A DNA stretch of 64,000 bases from Desulfovibrionaceae bacterium (GTDB taxonomy: Bacteria > Desulfobacterota > Desulfovibrionia > Desulfovibrionales > Desulfovibrionaceae), in contig JAVBNZ010000009.1 in assembly GCA_031551145.1 (NCBI GenBank), positions 2,824-66,823 on the forward strand. The letters run 5' to 3'. Under the pieces are notes generated by a model. The model was not told the DNA's origin. It searched no databases and saw only the letters and a program-made list of their open reading frames with translations. The position numbers and the translations under genes were made by a program. Positions 1 to 8,692 of the stretch are shown piece by piece; the stretch's first letter is position 1; the number at the start of each line of letters is the position of its first letter.

Positions 1-288
1 CTTTTCGCGGGCGTAGTCCTTCAGCATCTGCGTGGATTTGCCCCGCACGGTTTCCCGGAAATCCACGATGTTGGTTATGCCTTCCTTGGCGAAGTTCGCC
101 TTGATGCGGTGAAACACCTCCATGTACTTGCAGAAGCCGAGTTTCGTGTTGTCATAGAAGACCACGGGGCCTTGCTTCAGCTCTTCCTTCGTAACGCGGG
201 GAGCCGGATTCAGCAGGTACTGCTTTTGCCGGCCGCGCGGATCCAGAACCGGATGTATGCCCGCTTTTTCCTGTTTGCCGTTCGACAT
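1..288 (-). CDS. hypothetical protein, N-terminal part (gene continues past the left edge)
   Basis: My own translation of the minus strand gives a stop-free frame from 330 to base 1 (MAPWFGDRKHQEKGMSNGKQEKAGIHPVLDPRG...FYDNTKLGFCKYMEVFHRIKANFAKEGITNIVDF...). It is absent from the ORF track because no stop lies in the window. The ATG at 288-286 has an AGGAGA Shine-Dalgarno just upstream; the alternative ATG is at 330-328. I do not recognise a family. Confidence 0.5.
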   Translation of the reverse strand, partial: MSNGKQEKAGIHPVLDPRGRQKQYLLNPAPRVTKEELKQGPVVFYDNTKLGFCKYMEVFHRIKANFAKEGITNIVDFRETVRGKSTQMLKDYAREK

Positions 289-346
289 GCCTTTCTCCTG
301 ATGTTTGCGGTCGCCAAACCAAGGAGCCATTTCCTCGTTTCCGGAA

Positions 347-386
347 AACCATAACTCCGAAACTTCTAAACTACGTAGTTATGGTT
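347..386. promoter_or_regulatory. perfect 10-bp inverted repeat AACCATAACT-N20-AGTTATGGTT (central CTACGTAG palindrome); candidate operator in the divergent region next to the GntR gene
   Basis: Read directly: 347-356 AACCATAACT and 377-386 AGTTATGGTT are exact reverse complements. It lies 17-56 nt upstream of the minus-strand ATG(s) and about 215 nt upstream of the GntR-family gene. Confidence 0.35.
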
Positions 387-600
387 AGACGCAATCGTCC
401 ATTCCTGTCAACAGAAAATTTTCCTGATTCTCTCAAGTCCGCGTTGCGCTCACGCTTTTCCGCATGGCGACTTGCAAAAGTTAACGATTCAGCATATTCA
501 TAAGCAGATCGCGTGGTTCGACGATCGCCTGTTCCCAATCTTTCGCACGACAAAAAAGACGCCGCCGCCCAGCGCGCGGCACCCGCATGTATGGAGAGCT

Positions 601-1377
601 ATGAGGCTGGAATCTGATTTTTTTGAAAAATTCGGCGTGCAGCCCGTTGCCGGAGTGACGAAATACGCGTTGCTGCGCAACGCGATCCTCAAAGCCATCG
701 AAGAAGGCTATTGGGCATCCGGCGCGAAGCTGCCGGCGGAGAACGAATTCGTCAGGGTGACGCCCTTCGGCCTGGGCACGGTGCAGCGCGCGCTGCGGGA
801 ACTGACCGAGGAAGGTTTCATCGTGCGCCGCCAGGGGTACGGCTCCTTTGTCGCCGTTCCGGGCAGGAGCATGGACAAACCCTGGCACTGCCGCTTTCTC
901 AACGACGACGGCACGGACTTTCTGCCGATCTTTCCCAAAATTCTGAAAATCGAACGCACCGGAGCATACGGTCCCTGGTCGGTCTTTCTCGAACAACAGG
1001 GGGCGAACGTCATTTGCGTGGAGCGGCAAATACGCATCAACTACGAATTCACCCTCTACAACCGCTTTTTCGCCAATGCCGACAAATTCGGCGACGTGCT
1101 CGGCGGCCCCATATCCGACATTGAAGCCGCCAACCTCAAAATGCTCCTGACGCGCAAATGCAGCCTGCCCATCACCGTGCTGACCCAGAACATGCGCTTT
1201 CTCGAATTTTCAAAGGATGTGTGCCGCAAAACCGAGGTCAAGCACCCGACAACGGGCATACTCCTCGACGCGACGGCAAGCGCGGGCAAAACCGTGCATC
1301 TGTATTACCAGGAATGGTACATCCCCCCCAATACGCGGGCGCTGCGCATTGTGGAGAATTCTCCCATACTTCAGTAA
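601..1377 (+). CDS. GntR/HutC-family transcriptional regulator (winged HTH plus UTRA-like effector domain)
   Basis: ORF 472-1377. N-terminal GntR HTH signature: YALLRNAILKAIEEGYWASGAKLPAENEFVRVTPFGLGTVQRALRELTEEGFIVRRQGYGSFV. Start trimmed to ATG 601 (GGAG 4 nt upstream); the track start at 472 is TTG. Confidence 0.85.
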   Translation: MRLESDFFEKFGVQPVAGVTKYALLRNAILKAIEEGYWASGAKLPAENEFVRVTPFGLGTVQRALRELTEEGFIVRRQGYGSFVAVPGRSMDKPWHCRFLNDDGTDFLPIFPKILKIERTGAYGPWSVFLEQQGANVICVERQIRINYEFTLYNRFFANADKFGDVLGGPISDIEAANLKMLLTRKCSLPITVLTQNMRFLEFSKDVCRKTEVKHPTTGILLDATASAGKTVHLYYQEWYIPPNTRALRIVENSPILQ

Positions 1378-1422
1378 ATCTGGATATTCACAGGCAATTG
1401 CGGCGTTAAACGAAAATACGCT

Positions 1423-2772
1423 TCAGCTCTTGCGGAACAGGCGCGCCGCCAGTTCGGTTGCGGACGAGACGCCTTCCCGGCCGGTTTCGATGCGCGGGCA
1501 GAGAATGGGTTCATAGCCCAGGCGGCGGGCTTGGTTCATGCGCAGCTTGTGCCCGGCCACCGGCCGCACCTGGCCGTTCAGATCCACTTCGCCCCAGAAT
1601 ACGGCGCGCTCCGGCAGCGGCACATCGTAGAAAGACGAAAGCACGGCGGCCGTCAGCGCCAGATCCGTGCCCGGCTCCTGCAGGCGTATGCCGCCACCCA
1701 CCTTGGCATAGATATCCACCTGCCCGAAATTGAGCTTGCAGCGCTTTTCCAGCACAGCCAGCAGAAGATGCAGGCGGTTGACGTCCAGGCCGAGTCCGGT
1801 GCGGCGGGGAATGGCGAGATAGGAGCGCGTGACCAGGGCCTGCACTTCCACGGCCAGGGGGCGCTGCCCGTCAAGGGCCATAACCACCGCCGTGCCGCTC
1901 AAAGAGGGATCGCGCGCGCCGAGAAAATAGGTGGAAGGATCTTCCACCACTTCCAGGCCTCGTTGGGCCATCTGAAAGATCAGCAATTCCTCGTTGGGGC
2001 CGAAGCGGTTTTTCAGCACGCGCAGCAGGCGGAACATCTGCCGCCTCTCCCCTTCCAAGGCGATGACCGTGTCGACCATGTGCTCCAGCAGGCGCGGTCC
2101 GGCCAGCGTGCCGTCCTTGGTCACGTGCCCGACCAGGATGAGCGTCGTGCCGCAGGCCTTGCAGGCCTCGACAAGCGCGCAGGCCACGGCCCGCACTTGG
2201 CTGACGTTGCCGGGCAGGCCCTCGGCCTCGTCGGAACTCAAGGTCTGCACCGAATCCACCACCAGCAGGGCAGGAGACGCGGCCAGACAGGCCAGAACGT
2301 CTTCCAGCCGGGAGGCGGACAGGGCGTGGAGATTGTCGTGCAGCACGCCGAGGCGTTCGGCGCGCGCCTTCACCTGGGGCAGGGATTCTTCGCCGCTCGC
2401 ATAGATCGCCGTGCGGCCGCCCGCCGCGACGGATCCGGCCAATTGGAGCAGCAGCGTGGATTTGCCTATGCCGGGCTCCCCCCCCACCAGCAGGGCCGCG
2501 CCGGGCACGAGGCCTTTGCCGAGAATGCGGTCCAGCGCATCCATACCGCTGCAAAAAGGCCTCGCGCCCTCGGAAGAAATTTGGGAAAGCGGCACGGCCT
2601 TTTCCCGGCCGGGCGCAAAGGCGGATGTGGAACGGGCGCGTGAGGAAGATGAAACGGGCGCGGCGCTGAGTTCAAGGGTGTTCCAGGCGCTGCACGTCCG
2701 GCACTGACCGCTCCACTGGGGGGAACGCGCGCCGCAGTCCGTGCAGACGTAACTTTCGCGGATCTTCGCCAC
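1423..2772 (-). CDS. radA: DNA repair protein RadA/Sms
   Basis: N-terminal zinc ribbon YVCTDCGARSPQWSGQCRTCSAWNT, Walker A GGEPGIGKST, C-terminal Lon-like domain. Length is typical at 449 aa. Confidence 0.95.
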   Translation of the reverse strand: MAKIRESYVCTDCGARSPQWSGQCRTCSAWNTLELSAAPVSSSSRARSTSAFAPGREKAVPLSQISSEGARPFCSGMDALDRILGKGLVPGAALLVGGEPGIGKSTLLLQLAGSVAAGGRTAIYASGEESLPQVKARAERLGVLHDNLHALSASRLEDVLACLAASPALLVVDSVQTLSSDEAEGLPGNVSQVRAVACALVEACKACGTTLILVGHVTKDGTLAGPRLLEHMVDTVIALEGERRQMFRLLRVLKNRFGPNEELLIFQMAQRGLEVVEDPSTYFLGARDPSLSGTAVVMALDGQRPLAVEVQALVTRSYLAIPRRTGLGLDVNRLHLLLAVLEKRCKLNFGQVDIYAKVGGGIRLQEPGTDLALTAAVLSSFYDVPLPERAVFWGEVDLNGQVRPVAGHKLRMNQARRLGYEPILCPRIETGREGVSSATELAARLFRKS

Positions 2773-2773
2773 C

Positions 2774-3517
2774 TTATTTTTTCACTTCCGGGTCGCGCAC
2801 ATCCACAATCTTCACCCCGAATTCCGTCACGCTCGGCGGGGGATTGAAAAACAGCACCATAAAGGGCACTTCGCCCCCCGGCGGGATATTTGTATTGTTG
2901 GCCAGCACTTCCAGCTTGTTGTTGATGAAGGAGTCCAACTCCTTTTCTCCCAATACCTGAAGCTGAAAAAGAGAAAGGGAGGTGCCGGCGTACTGTTTTT
3001 TGGTGACGAGAGGGTTTTTGTCCTGGCCGTAGAGCGAGGCTTCGACCTCGATCAATTCCTTTGGAGTGGAAAAACCGTTGACCACCCTGCCTTCGATGAC
3101 GGAAACAGCGCCTGTTTTCTCGTTGTTGACATAGTATTGGCGCACGTTGCGCATGCTGAGCTTTTCAACCTTTTGGGCCAGGGGGATCGTGCTTGTTGGG
3201 GACGCCTTGGGCAACGCGGCGCGCGAAAACCACCACCACGCGCCTCCTCCGGCCGCCGCGGCAAGCAGCAACACGCTCAACACGATGAAAGCCGTTTTTT
3301 TGCCGCGAACAGGCGTGGCCGCCATGCTCAAAGGGACTTCGGCAGGACGGTCCGGCGCGGCCGCAGAGCTTTTTTGGGGGGGTGCGGACACTTCCTTGTC
3401 CGATTCCGGGAGCGGAAAGACGGTTTTGCATACCGAACAGCGCAGCTTGGCCCCCGGCCGGGCAGCGGCTTCCGGCAGGTTGAACCTGCTTAAGCAACTC
3501 GGGCAGACAATTTCCAT
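2774..3517 (-). CDS. MJ0042-type zinc-ribbon / DUF3426-like membrane protein
   Basis: MEIVCPSCLSRFNLPE...LRCSVCKTVF zinc ribbon, one TM segment (FIVLSVLLLAAAAGGGAWWWF), beta-rich C-terminal domain. Its stop lies 1 nt from the radA start. Confidence 0.7.
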   Translation of the reverse strand: MEIVCPSCLSRFNLPEAAARPGAKLRCSVCKTVFPLPESDKEVSAPPQKSSAAAPDRPAEVPLSMAATPVRGKKTAFIVLSVLLLAAAAGGGAWWWFSRAALPKASPTSTIPLAQKVEKLSMRNVRQYYVNNEKTGAVSVIEGRVVNGFSTPKELIEVEASLYGQDKNPLVTKKQYAGTSLSLFQLQVLGEKELDSFINNKLEVLANNTNIPPGGEVPFMVLFFNPPPSVTEFGVKIVDVRDPEVKK

Positions 3518-3537
3518 GGCGCCGACCCCTTCACGGC

Positions 3538-4071
3538 TCAGTATTCGGGAATGACCTCATAAATCGCGGGAAGCCCGCGATAGCGTTCAGCATAATCCAG
3601 GCCGTATCCTACTACAAACCCGCCGGGCAGGGCAAATCCCGTAAAATCGGCCGTCACCGGCACTTCCCGCCGTTCCTGCTTGTCCACCATCACGGCCAGG
3701 CGCAGAGATTTCGCTCCCCTGGCCGCAAGTTGCCGCTTGAGGAATTCCATGGTGTGGCCGGTATCGATGATGTCTTCAACAATCAGTACATGCTTGCCCG
3801 CCAGGGAGATCTCCACGTCCTTGACAAAGGACACCGTACGGCTTGAATGCGCGGATTTGCCGTAGCTGGCCAGGCGCACGAAATCCATCTCCATGTCCGG
3901 CAGATCGAGGGCACGCACCAGATCCGTAAAAAACATGAAACCGCCCTTGAGCACGCAAATAATCACCAGTTCCTCGTCGCAGTACAAGGTGTTGATTTCC
4001 GCCGCCAGTTCCGCCACACGCTGCCGGATTTGCTCCTCACTGAACACGATTTTCAATTCCTTGATACGCAT
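3538..4071 (-). CDS. hpt: hypoxanthine phosphoribosyltransferase
   Basis: VLKGGFMFFTDLVRAL and PRPP-binding loop VLIVEDIIDTGHTM; 177 aa. Confidence 0.92.
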   Translation of the reverse strand: MRIKELKIVFSEEQIRQRVAELAAEINTLYCDEELVIICVLKGGFMFFTDLVRALDLPDMEMDFVRLASYGKSAHSSRTVSFVKDVEISLAGKHVLIVEDIIDTGHTMEFLKRQLAARGAKSLRLAVMVDKQERREVPVTADFTGFALPGGFVVGYGLDYAERYRGLPAIYEVIPEY

Positions 4072-4122
4072 AGCCCACTCCGCAAGCTCGAAAGCTTATG
4101 AAACAGAAATGATATCCAATAA

Positions 4123-4587
4123 CTACAAGTGCAAGAGCACGGCCGTCTCGTCACAGTCCGGGTATTTCGGACAATGGATGCAGTCCGCCCAGATTTTTTG
4201 CGGCAGCACGTCCTTGTCTACTTCCATAAATCCGAGTTTTTTGAAAAATTCTTCCTGGTATGTCAGGGCGAAGGCCCGTTTTATGCCGAGGGCCTGCGCT
4301 TCGGACAAACATGCCTGCACGATCCGGCGGCCCAGGCCCCGCCCGCGGAGGGAGTCGTCCACCACCAGCGAACACACTTCAGCCAGATCTTCCCACACCA
4401 CGGCCAGGCCGCAGCAGGCCGCGAGCCTTCCGTCCGGCAGTTCGGCAACGGAAAAGTCGCGGATATGACGGTATAAATGGGTGAGCGCGCGCGGCAGCAA
4501 TTGGCCTTTTTCGGCGCAGCCCCGCAACAGGGCGTGTATGCCTTTGACGTCGCCCACATCGGCCTTGCGGATGCGGATATCTGTCAT
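4123..4587 (-). CDS. GNAT-family N-acetyltransferase (short ArgA-like type)
   Basis: Acetyl-CoA motif LRGRGLGRRIV and C-terminal KIWADCIHCPKYPDCDE. The start ATG overlaps the stop of the upstream gene (ATGA at 4584-4587). Confidence 0.8.
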   Translation of the reverse strand: MTDIRIRKADVGDVKGIHALLRGCAEKGQLLPRALTHLYRHIRDFSVAELPDGRLAACCGLAVVWEDLAEVCSLVVDDSLRGRGLGRRIVQACLSEAQALGIKRAFALTYQEEFFKKLGFMEVDKDVLPQKIWADCIHCPKYPDCDETAVLLHL

Positions 4588-5048
4588 TTTTTCTGCTCCA
4601 GAAGCGTATAAACAACTTCTTTGAAAACGTCCGCGTCGACCAGGCCCGGCTGGTTGGCCACCAGACGCCCGTTCGTATCGTACACCGTGTTGTGCGGCAC
4701 GGATCGCACGCCGAACATGCGCACCACATCCTCGCTTGCCGCTTTTACCGGATAGTTGATGCCGTACTCGCGGATAAACTCCTGTATCGGCTCCTGTGTT
4801 TCATCCAGAGAAATGCCCAGTATGACCAGTTCCGTAGGCTTGAACTCTTTGCGCAGGCGCACGAGACCGGGAATTTCCTCCCGGCAGGGAGCGCACCAGG
4901 TGGCGAAAAAATTCAGCACCACCACCTTGCCCTTGTGCTGCCCTATTTCTCCGAGCAGGAGCATAACGCCCGCGCCCGGCGCTTCCGCCGCCCGCGCAAT
5001 GCCGCACAGGCAGAAAACCAGCAGTATCGCCGCCAGGCAGCGTTTCAT
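4584..5048 (-). CDS. TlpA/ResA-like periplasmic thiol:disulfide oxidoreductase (thioredoxin fold)
   Basis: Signal peptide MKRCLAAILLVFCLCGIARA and redox motif FFATWCAPCREEIP. Start trimmed to ATG 5048, which overlaps the metH stop (ATGA). Confidence 0.8.
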   Translation of the reverse strand: MKRCLAAILLVFCLCGIARAAEAPGAGVMLLLGEIGQHKGKVVVLNFFATWCAPCREEIPGLVRLRKEFKPTELVILGISLDETQEPIQEFIREYGINYPVKAASEDVVRMFGVRSVPHNTVYDTNGRLVANQPGLVDADVFKEVVYTLLEQKK

Positions 5049-7474
5049 GACGGGGCTCCCGATGTTCCGCACAACCTTTTCGCCAGGCGCACCGCGCCCA
5101 CGGCGTCCGCGGCATAGCCGTCCGCGCCTATGCTCCGCGCATACTCGGCGGTAAGCACCGCGCCCCCCACCATAACCCGGATGGGAAGGTTACGCTCTTT
5201 GACAAGCCGCACCGTGTCCTCCATGCGCACCATCGTCGTGGTCATGAGCGCGGAAAGGCCGATGACCGCGGCCTTGTGCCCGCACGCCGCGGCAACGATA
5301 TCTTCGGCCCTGACGTCCTTGCCGGCGTCCACCACCTCAAAACCGTGGTTGCCCAGCAGAAGCGCCACGATATTTTTGCCGATGTCGTGGATGTCCCCTT
5401 CCACGGTCGCCAGCACGACGACCGGGCGCTCGGCCGCGTCACGGCTTTCTTCAAGCAACGGTTTAAGTTTTTCAAAGGCCGCCCGCATGGTTTCGGCGGA
5501 ACGGATGAGCTGGGGCAGAAAATATTCGCGCCGTTCATAGCGCGCGCCCACCTCGGTAATGGCGGGAATAAGCTTTTCCTGCACCAGGGCAAAGGGCCGC
5601 GCTCCGGCCGCAAGTTCCGCGTCCACGAGGGGAAGGGCCTGCTCCTTGTCGCCGCGCAGCACGGCTTCATAGAGATCCGAGGAAATCCCTCCACCCGCTC
5701 CGCCGTCGTCTCCGCGCCGCGCAGCGCCGTCCGAGCCCGGCGTCCAACCGGCGTAGCGCGCAATAAAGCGTTCGGCGTGGGGGTCTTTGTTCATGAGCAG
5801 GGCGGCGGTGTCCAGGGCTTCGCAGATATGTCGGTCGCCCGGATTGGCAATGCAGGAGGACAGTCCGGCTCCTGCCGCCATAAGCAGAAAACCCGAGTTG
5901 ACCAGCTCCCTGGCCGGCAGGCCGAAGGAAATGTTGGACAGTCCGATGGTGGTGGGCAGGGCTTCGCGCATGCACCAGCGTATGGTTTCCAGGCACTGCC
6001 GTCCGGCTTCCGCCTTGGAGGAAACGGCCAGCGCCAGCACGTCCACGATGAGCAGCCGGCGCGGAATGCCCAGAGTCTCGGCCTGAAGCAGCAATTCCTC
6101 TATGATCGCGATGCGCTCCGAGGCCATGACGGGCAGCTTTTTTCCCCGCAACGGCAGCAGGACGAATGGCGCGCCCCAATCCCGGCACAACGGGCCCAGG
6201 GCTTCCATGCGGCCCTGTTCCCCGCTCACCGAGTTCACCAGGAAAGACCCCGGACAATAGGGCAGAGAACGGCGCACGGCCTCAACATTCGACGAATCCA
6301 GCGACAGGGGCAGGTCGCAACGGGCAACGAGGCGCTGCACCAGTTCGGGCAGCAGGTCCTCTTCCTTCACCAGGGGCGCGCCGACGTTGACGTCCAGCAG
6401 AGGCGCTCCGGCCCGAATCTGCTCGTCCGCGTACGTCAGGGCCTGGGTGAATTCGCCGGCCTGAAACTGGGCGCTCAACAGTTTTTTCCCCGTGGGGTTG
6501 ATGCGCTCGCCGATGATCACGGGCGGCGCTTCCCCGCCGATGTGAACGAGCCTGGAGCGCGTGGTGAGGGTAATGCCGCCTGCAAGCCCGGCTTCGGGGC
6601 GGCGGCCCGTGCCCCCGAGACGCGCGCGCAGAGCCGCGATATGATCGGGGGTGGTGCCGCAGCAGCCGCCCAGAATGCGCACGCCGGCCCGCGCGAATTG
6701 CGCCGTGCGCTCGGCAAAGGCTTCCGGCGGCAGGCGGAACACGGTTTCACCGTCCACAAGCTCCGGCAGACCGGCGTTGGGTTCGGCGAGCACAGGCGCG
6801 CGGGACACGGCAAGCAGGGCCTCCGCCACAGGGCGCATTTCTTCCGGGCCCGCGCCGCAGTTGACACCCATGGCGTCCACGCCCAAGTTGAGCATGGTGT
6901 GCGCGAAAATTTCCGGGCTTGAGCCGGTCAGGCTTCTGCCCTGTTCGAAAGTCATGGACACGAGCACCGGCAGCCCGCATTCCGCGCGCGCGGCAAACAC
7001 GGCGGCGCGCGCCTCGGCCAGATCGAACTGGGTTTCTATGAAGATGCAGTCCGCTCCGCCGGCAACCAGACCCCGCACCTGTTCCCGGAAGCCCGCGACC
7101 AGTTCGTCCGGTTCCATCTCCCCCAGGGGTCTGACAAAAAAGCCGCTGGGGCCTATGTTGCCGGCCACAAAAACTTTGCGCCCGGCTTCACGGGCGGCGG
7201 AACGGGCCAGTTCGGCCATCGTGCGGTTGTAGTTCACCGCCTCTATGCCCGCCGGCAGCTTGAAACGGCTGCCGCCGAAGGTGCAGGTGGTGATGATGTC
7301 CGCTCCGGCGCGGATGTAGGCGGTATGGATGCTTCGCAGCACGTCCGGCCTGTCCAGGCAGAAACGCTCCGGATGCACGCCTGCGGGCATGCCGGCGGCC
7401 TGCAGCATGGTTCCCGTGGCCCCATCAAGCAATAAACAACCGCCCTCGGCGAGCGCGCTCCGAAAATCGTGCAC
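5045..7474 (-). CDS. metH: cobalamin-dependent methionine synthase, three-module form (Hcy-binding, pterin-binding, B12-binding) lacking the AdoMet reactivation domain
   Basis: Hcy S-methyltransferase N-terminus with GGCCGTTPDHI, pterin domain (IIGERINPTGKK), B12 motif EGDIHDIGKNIV. The protein ends right after the B12 domain (809 aa). Confidence 0.9.
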   Translation of the reverse strand: MHDFRSALAEGGCLLLDGATGTMLQAAGMPAGVHPERFCLDRPDVLRSIHTAYIRAGADIITTCTFGGSRFKLPAGIEAVNYNRTMAELARSAAREAGRKVFVAGNIGPSGFFVRPLGEMEPDELVAGFREQVRGLVAGGADCIFIETQFDLAEARAAVFAARAECGLPVLVSMTFEQGRSLTGSSPEIFAHTMLNLGVDAMGVNCGAGPEEMRPVAEALLAVSRAPVLAEPNAGLPELVDGETVFRLPPEAFAERTAQFARAGVRILGGCCGTTPDHIAALRARLGGTGRRPEAGLAGGITLTTRSRLVHIGGEAPPVIIGERINPTGKKLLSAQFQAGEFTQALTYADEQIRAGAPLLDVNVGAPLVKEEDLLPELVQRLVARCDLPLSLDSSNVEAVRRSLPYCPGSFLVNSVSGEQGRMEALGPLCRDWGAPFVLLPLRGKKLPVMASERIAIIEELLLQAETLGIPRRLLIVDVLALAVSSKAEAGRQCLETIRWCMREALPTTIGLSNISFGLPARELVNSGFLLMAAGAGLSSCIANPGDRHICEALDTAALLMNKDPHAERFIARYAGWTPGSDGAARRGDDGGAGGGISSDLYEAVLRGDKEQALPLVDAELAAGARPFALVQEKLIPAITEVGARYERREYFLPQLIRSAETMRAAFEKLKPLLEESRDAAERPVVVLATVEGDIHDIGKNIVALLLGNHGFEVVDAGKDVRAEDIVAAACGHKAAVIGLSALMTTTMVRMEDTVRLVKERNLPIRVMVGGAVLTAEYARSIGADGYAADAVGAVRLAKRLCGTSGAPS

Positions 7475-7565
7475 CGTCTTGTTCTCCGTGGTATGAATCT
7501 TTTTTCATACGGAAAAACGTTGAAGAAAACAAATGAAAACTGTATGCTGACGTACAGAAGGGAAA

Positions 7566-8654
7566 ATGCCCGCGCTCAAGCGCATGCCATATATGAAAAA
7601 AAAACCTCTCCCCTCCCCTGAAGCGGTGGAAGAACACTCTCCCGACGAAGCCGGTGTGGAAATTCTTGACCGGGACGAAGACGAGCCGGAAGCGGAATTC
7701 GACGAAAACAGCGACGACGCTCCCGTCATCGACATCGGAGACGAACAGGAAGATGCCGTCCTTGTTCCGCGCGCCCGCCATCTGCCCATCCCCGCCGCCG
7801 GCAAGGACAGCCTGCACCTGTACCTGCGCGAGGTCAGCCGTTTTCCTTTGCTGAAACCGGACGAGGAATTTCAACTGGCCCGACGGGTGCGCGAACGGGG
7901 CGACAGCGAGGCGGCCTTCCGCCTCATTTCTTCCCATCTGCGCCTGGTGGTCAAAATCGCCATGGATTTTCAGCGCCGCTGGATGCAGAATGTGCTTGAT
8001 CTCATTCAGGAAGGCAACGTGGGGCTCATGCGGGCCGTGAACAAGTTCGACCCGGAAAAGGGCATAAAATTCTCCTACTACGCCGCTTTCTGGATCAAGG
8101 CCTATATCCTCAAATTCATCATGGACAACTGGCGCATGGTGAAGATAGGCACCACCCAGGCCCAGCGCAAGCTGTTCTACAACCTGAACCGCGAGCGGCA
8201 AAAACTTATCGGCGAAGGCTTTGACCCGGACGCCGAAATGCTCTCCTCCCGGCTCGGCGTGAGCAGGGAGCAGGTTATGGAGATGGAACAGCGCCTCGTC
8301 TCGGCCGATCTTTCTCTGGACGCCAAGATAGGTGACGAGTCCGGCTCGGCTTCCCGCATGGATTTTCTTCCCGCTCTCGGGCCGGGGATTGAAGACGGGC
8401 TTGCCACCGAGGAAATTGCCGCTATAGTGCGGGACAGCATAAAGCACATTCTGCCGAAGCTTTCGGAAAAGGAAGCCTATATCCTCAACCGGCGTCTGCT
8501 CAGCGACGAACCCGTCACCCTGCGGGAAATAGGCGAACGCTACAACATCACCCGCGAGCGGGTGCGCCAGCTTGAAACGCGCCTGCTGCAAAAGCTCAAG
8601 CACCATCTCGCGGACGACATCAAAGATTTTTCCGAAAACTGGATACAATCGTGA
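7566..8654 (+). CDS. rpoH: RNA polymerase sigma-32-like factor (RpoH type) with acidic N-terminal extension
   Basis: Region 2 DLIQEGNVGLMRAVNKFDPEKG, RpoH-box-like TTQAQRKLFYNLNRERQKL, region 4 HTH TLREIGERYNITRERVRQLE. A later ATG (MPYMKKK / MKKK) is possible. Confidence 0.85.
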   Translation: MPALKRMPYMKKKPLPSPEAVEEHSPDEAGVEILDRDEDEPEAEFDENSDDAPVIDIGDEQEDAVLVPRARHLPIPAAGKDSLHLYLREVSRFPLLKPDEEFQLARRVRERGDSEAAFRLISSHLRLVVKIAMDFQRRWMQNVLDLIQEGNVGLMRAVNKFDPEKGIKFSYYAAFWIKAYILKFIMDNWRMVKIGTTQAQRKLFYNLNRERQKLIGEGFDPDAEMLSSRLGVSREQVMEMEQRLVSADLSLDAKIGDESGSASRMDFLPALGPGIEDGLATEEIAAIVRDSIKHILPKLSEKEAYILNRRLLSDEPVTLREIGERYNITRERVRQLETRLLQKLKHHLADDIKDFSENWIQS

Positions 8655-8692
8655 CCCAGTCCTTCAACTTTCCGGCCCGGCAAGGAACGCGC

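Noticed and set aside
5276-8648. ORF 5276-6922 (+, 548 aa) and ORF 7425-8648 (-, 407 aa).
   Set aside because: They are antisense to metH and rpoH respectively. The genuine frames carry diagnostic motifs.
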